Below are positions 38,623-41,410 of a stretch of DNA of 41,410 bases, in pieces (position 1 is the stretch's first letter; each line of letters begins with the position of its first letter). The DNA is from Pseudomonadales bacterium (GTDB lineage: Bacteria; Pseudomonadota; Gammaproteobacteria; Pseudomonadales; JBFGWM01), in NCBI GenBank assembly GCA_041588495.1, contig JBFGWM010000001.1, forward strand, positions 1 through 41,410, in the 5' to 3' direction. The notes under the pieces were generated by a model that saw nothing but the letters and a program-made list of their open reading frames with translations, did not search any database and had not been told where the DNA came from. Both the position numbers and the translations under genes were made by a program.

Positions 38623-39936
38623 ATGCGGCGCAACTGGCAGCAGGGGATTTCCAATCTTGCACTGAGCATGCTCGGCCTGGCCCTGTTCGGCTGGATCATC
38701 GGCGTGGGCATGCAGTTGTTGTTGATCGGTCTGATCGGCTACGTGGCGTGGTCCAGCTACCAGATGGTGCGCCTGCACCAGTGGCTGGATGGCACCGGCG
38801 GATCCGAACCACCGGAAAGCCATGGCATGTGGGGCGTCATTTTCGACGGCATCCACGACCTGCAGCGCAAGCAGAAGAAATCCCGCAAGCGCCTGCGCAA
38901 GGTACTGAGGCGCGTCCAGCAATCCCTGGGCGCGCTGCGCGACGGCGTGGTCATGATCGACAGCAATCGCTGCCTGGAGTGGTGGAACAGCGCGGCGGGA
39001 GAATTGCTGGGTTTCCGAGCGCCACAGGACGCCAATCAATATATCACCAACCTGTTGCGCGACCCGCAGTTTATCGAGTACTTCGCCGGCGGCGATTACT
39101 CCGAACCGCTGGAAATCCGCTCGCCGGTGAACCGCGAGATCGTGGTGCAGTTGCAGATCACCCGCTACGGCAAGAACGACTACCTGATGCTGGCCCGGGA
39201 CATGTCCCGGATCCATCAGCTCGAGCAGGTTCGCCGCGACTTCGTTGCCAACGTCTCCCACGAACTGAAGACGCCGCTGACCGTCATCCGCGGGTATCTC
39301 GAAACCCTGCTCGAGCAAAAAGACGACCTGCCCGGGCGCACGCTCGAATGCATGGCGGCGATGGAGTCGCAGGCCATGCGCATGCATACCCTGATCGATG
39401 ACCTGCTCTACCTCTCCCGGCTGGAAAATGTGAAGGGCAATGGGCATTCAAGCGTCCCTCTGCGCCCGCTCCTGGAACGCATCAGCCGCGATGTCCGGCC
39501 CCTGGCCGACGGCAAGAACCAGTCCCTCAGCCTGGAAATGGAGGGCGACCCCGCCCTGACCGGCTACGAGGGTGAGTTGTACAGCGCCTTTTCCAACCTG
39601 GCGATGAACTCCGTCAAGTACACCGGCAAGGGGGGGCAGATCTCGATACGGGTTTTCCAGCAGGACGGCAGCCTGCTGGTGGAATTTCGCGACACCGGGA
39701 TCGGCATTGAGTACGAACACCTGTGCCGGCTGACGGAACGCTTTTACCGGGTCGACAAGAGTCGTTCCGTGGCCAGTGGCGGCACCGGGCTCGGGCTCGC
39801 GATCGTCAAGCATGTGCTGTTGCGCCATAACGCGGACCTGGACATCCGCAGCGAACCTGGCGTCGGAAGCACGTTCACCTGCCGCTTCCCGCCACAGCGC
39901 ATCGTGCAGGACGCGGTACCCGACTCAGCCGCCTGA
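38623..39936 (+). CDS. phoR: Phosphate regulon sensor histidine kinase PhoR
   Basis: N-terminal TM hairpin, PAS-like region, H-box FVANVSHELKTPLT, N box, G1 DTGIGI and G2 GGTGLGLAIVKH. Confidence 0.9.
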   Translation: MRRNWQQGISNLALSMLGLALFGWIIGVGMQLLLIGLIGYVAWSSYQMVRLHQWLDGTGGSEPPESHGMWGVIFDGIHDLQRKQKKSRKRLRKVLRRVQQSLGALRDGVVMIDSNRCLEWWNSAAGELLGFRAPQDANQYITNLLRDPQFIEYFAGGDYSEPLEIRSPVNREIVVQLQITRYGKNDYLMLARDMSRIHQLEQVRRDFVANVSHELKTPLTVIRGYLETLLEQKDDLPGRTLECMAAMESQAMRMHTLIDDLLYLSRLENVKGNGHSSVPLRPLLERISRDVRPLADGKNQSLSLEMEGDPALTGYEGELYSAFSNLAMNSVKYTGKGGQISIRVFQQDGSLLVEFRDTGIGIEYEHLCRLTERFYRVDKSRSVASGGTGLGLAIVKHVLLRHNADLDIRSEPGVGSTFTCRFPPQRIVQDAVPDSAA

Positions 39937-39994
39937 GCACGAACAGCCACGCCACTCCACGACGGAATGGGTTTGGGTAGCCGCTGGGCTCTCC

Positions 39995-40006
39995 GGGGGG
40001 GGGGGG
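39995..40006 (+). repeat. G12 homopolymer (C12 on minus strand) in the phoR/phoU convergent intergenic gap
   Basis: Direct count gives ctcc, then 12 G, then tgat. It is preceded by three GGG tracts at 39969-39971, 39975-39977 and 39986-39988. Confidence 0.95.
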
Positions 40007-40053
40007 TGATCGCGCGCCGGGTTGTTCCCTTCCGGCAAGCGGGGCCGGGGGAT

Positions 40054-40776
40054 TCAGTCGATCTTCAACTGGTTCCGGATTTCCTCAACGGTCGCATGGC
40101 GGAAATCCTTACCCTTGACCATGTAGAGCACGAACTCGGCAATGTTGCGCGAGTGATCACCGATCCGCTCCAGTGCACGTAACGTCCACACCACGTTGAG
40201 CACCCGCGTGATTGAGCGCGGGTCTTCGATCATGTGCGTCATCAGCTGGCGCATCGCGGCATTGTATTCCTCGTCCACCAGCGCCTCTTCCTGGATCACC
40301 CGCAACGCGGCATCGATGTCGAAGCGCGCGAACGAGTCCAGTGCATCGTAGAGCATCTGGCGCACGTGATTGCCGATATGGCGCACCTCGCGGTGCCCCT
40401 TGGGCGGGGCCCCCTCCCGCGCCAGGGTTGCCGCCTGGCGCGCGATCTTGGTGGCCTCGTCGCCGGCGCGCTCGAGGTCCGTGACCGCCTTGCTCACCGC
40501 CATCACCAGGCGCAGGTCGCTGGCGGTGGGTTGCCGGCGCGCAACGATGTGCCGGCATTCCTCGTCGATCCGCATCTCCATCTCGTTGATCTTCATGTCC
40601 AGGCGCGAGACCGCCTCGGCGCGCTCGCCGTCGCCGTCGATCAGCGCCTCGAGCGCGTCGCGAACCTGTTTCTCCACCAGGCCGCCCATGCCCAGAAAGT
40701 GGTTCTTGAGCTCGTCCATCTCGTTGTTGAACTGTTGCGAGATGTGGTCTGTGTGTACGTCTTTGCTGATGTCCAT
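40054..40776 (-). CDS. phoU: Phosphate signalling complex protein PhoU
   Basis: HISQQFNNEMDEL and a duplicated PhoU repeat with E(R/A)xGD motifs (DLERAGDEATKIA and ALERIGDHSRNIAE). It lies downstream of pstB. Confidence 0.92.
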   Translation of the reverse strand: MDISKDVHTDHISQQFNNEMDELKNHFLGMGGLVEKQVRDALEALIDGDGERAEAVSRLDMKINEMEMRIDEECRHIVARRQPTASDLRLVMAVSKAVTDLERAGDEATKIARQAATLAREGAPPKGHREVRHIGNHVRQMLYDALDSFARFDIDAALRVIQEEALVDEEYNAAMRQLMTHMIEDPRSITRVLNVVWTLRALERIGDHSRNIAEFVLYMVKGKDFRHATVEEIRNQLKID

Positions 40777-40816
40777 GTTTGCCGTTTCGCTCCTGCAAAA
40801 GGATTCGCTGACCGGC

Positions 40817-41410
40817 TCAGCCGTATCGGCCCGTGATGTAGTCTTCGGTGTGTTTCTGCTTCGGGTTGGTGAATACCTGGTCGGTATCGCCGAACTCGAT
40901 CAGCTTGCCCATGTACATGTAGGCGGTGTAGTCGGACGTGCGTGCCGCCTGCTGCATGTTGTGGGTCACCATCACGATGGTGAACTGCTCCTTGAGTTCG
41001 TAGATGAGCTCTTCCACCTTCAGCGTGGAAATCGGATCCAGCGCGGAGCAGGGCTCGTCGAGCAGCAGCACTTCCGGCTTCACCGCAATGCAGCGTGCGA
41101 TGACCAGCCGCTGCTGCTGGCCGCCGGACAGGCCGAATGCGCTCTGGTCGAGGCGGTCTTTCACCTCGTCCCACAGGGCCGCGCCCTTCAGGGCCCACTC
41201 GACGACATCGTCCAGGGTCCGTTTCTTGTTGATGCCCTGGATGCGCAGGCCGTAACAGACGTTCTCGTAGATGCTTTTCGGAAACGGGTTCGGCTTCTGG
41301 AACACCATCCCGATTCGCCGGCGCATCTCGGCGACGTCAACCCCACGGTCGTAGATGTCGAAATCATCGAGCAGGATACTGCCCTCGATGCGGCAGGTGT
41401 CGACCAGGTC
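40817..41410 (-). CDS. pstB: Phosphate ABC transporter ATP-binding protein PstB (5' end beyond window)
   Basis: [55 protein letters not shown] and [22 protein letters not shown]. The frame stays open to the window edge, and Walker A lies outside the window. Confidence 0.92.
   Translation of the reverse strand, partial: DLVDTCRIEGSILLDDFDIYDRGVDVAEMRRRIGMVFQKPNPFPKSIYENVCYGLRIQGINKKRTLDDVVEWALKGAALWDEVKDRLDQSAFGLSGGQQQRLVIARCIAVKPEVLLLDEPCSALDPISTLKVEELIYELKEQFTIVMVTHNMQQAARTSDYTAYMYMGKLIEFGDTDQVFTNPKQKHTEDYITGRYG

Noticed and set aside
39937-40053. Search for a conventional rho-independent terminator between phoR and phoU
   Set aside because: Only weak 4-5-bp stems without U-tracts could be drawn. 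The feature is reported instead as a G12/G4 motif.

Overview
The window is GC-rich (about two-thirds G+C by eye), very densely packed core chromosome of a gammaproteobacterium. I see no rRNA, tRNA, CRISPR array, transposase, integrase, phage gene or recognisable defence gene.

Almost every gene can be named from unmistakable motifs. The order follows well-known conserved blocks:
- ftsE-ftsY, divergent from an M16 peptidase pair, then rsmD and yheT.
- A Tat protein plus GMC oxidoreductase, then coaD, ferredoxin and ggt, then mutM.
- An orphan hyuA-like gene and a desA-like desaturase.
- rpmG-rpmB-radC, divergent from coaBC-dut-algC-argB.
- slmA, pyrE, xth (in the Pseudomonas crc position) and rph.
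- yicC-gmk-rpoZ-spoT-ridA, then recG.
- Rubredoxin reductase and rubredoxin, divergent from ubiC-ubiA.
- phoB-phoR, convergent with pstB-phoU.

Two real genes fall below the ORF-track size cutoff: rpmG (16090-16245) and rubredoxin (36006-36182). Many long track ORFs are antisense or off-frame artefacts of GC-rich DNA, and several track ORFs carry spurious N-terminal extensions.

I did not find a convincing self-contained novel system such as a defence or mobile island. The observations most worth a second look are:
1. The AlgC phosphomannomutase core is obligatorily fused to a roughly 400-aa two-TM, sensor-like N-terminal module. No canonical internal start codon is available.
2. A Tat-lipoprotein is paired with a signal-less GMC flavoprotein of unknown substrate.
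3. An orphan HyuA-type hydantoinase/oxoprolinase subunit lies 1.4 kb from ggt.
4. A rubredoxin/rubredoxin-reductase pair and a membrane desaturase are present with no alkB in the window.
5. A catalytically intact ExoIII gene sits in the crc locus.
6. A G12 homopolymer inside a G-quadruplex-type motif lies between the convergent phoR and phoU genes.
7. Five convergent gene pairs have overlapping or nearly abutting 3' ends and no room for terminators.

All family assignments are by-eye motif recognition. No database search was run.
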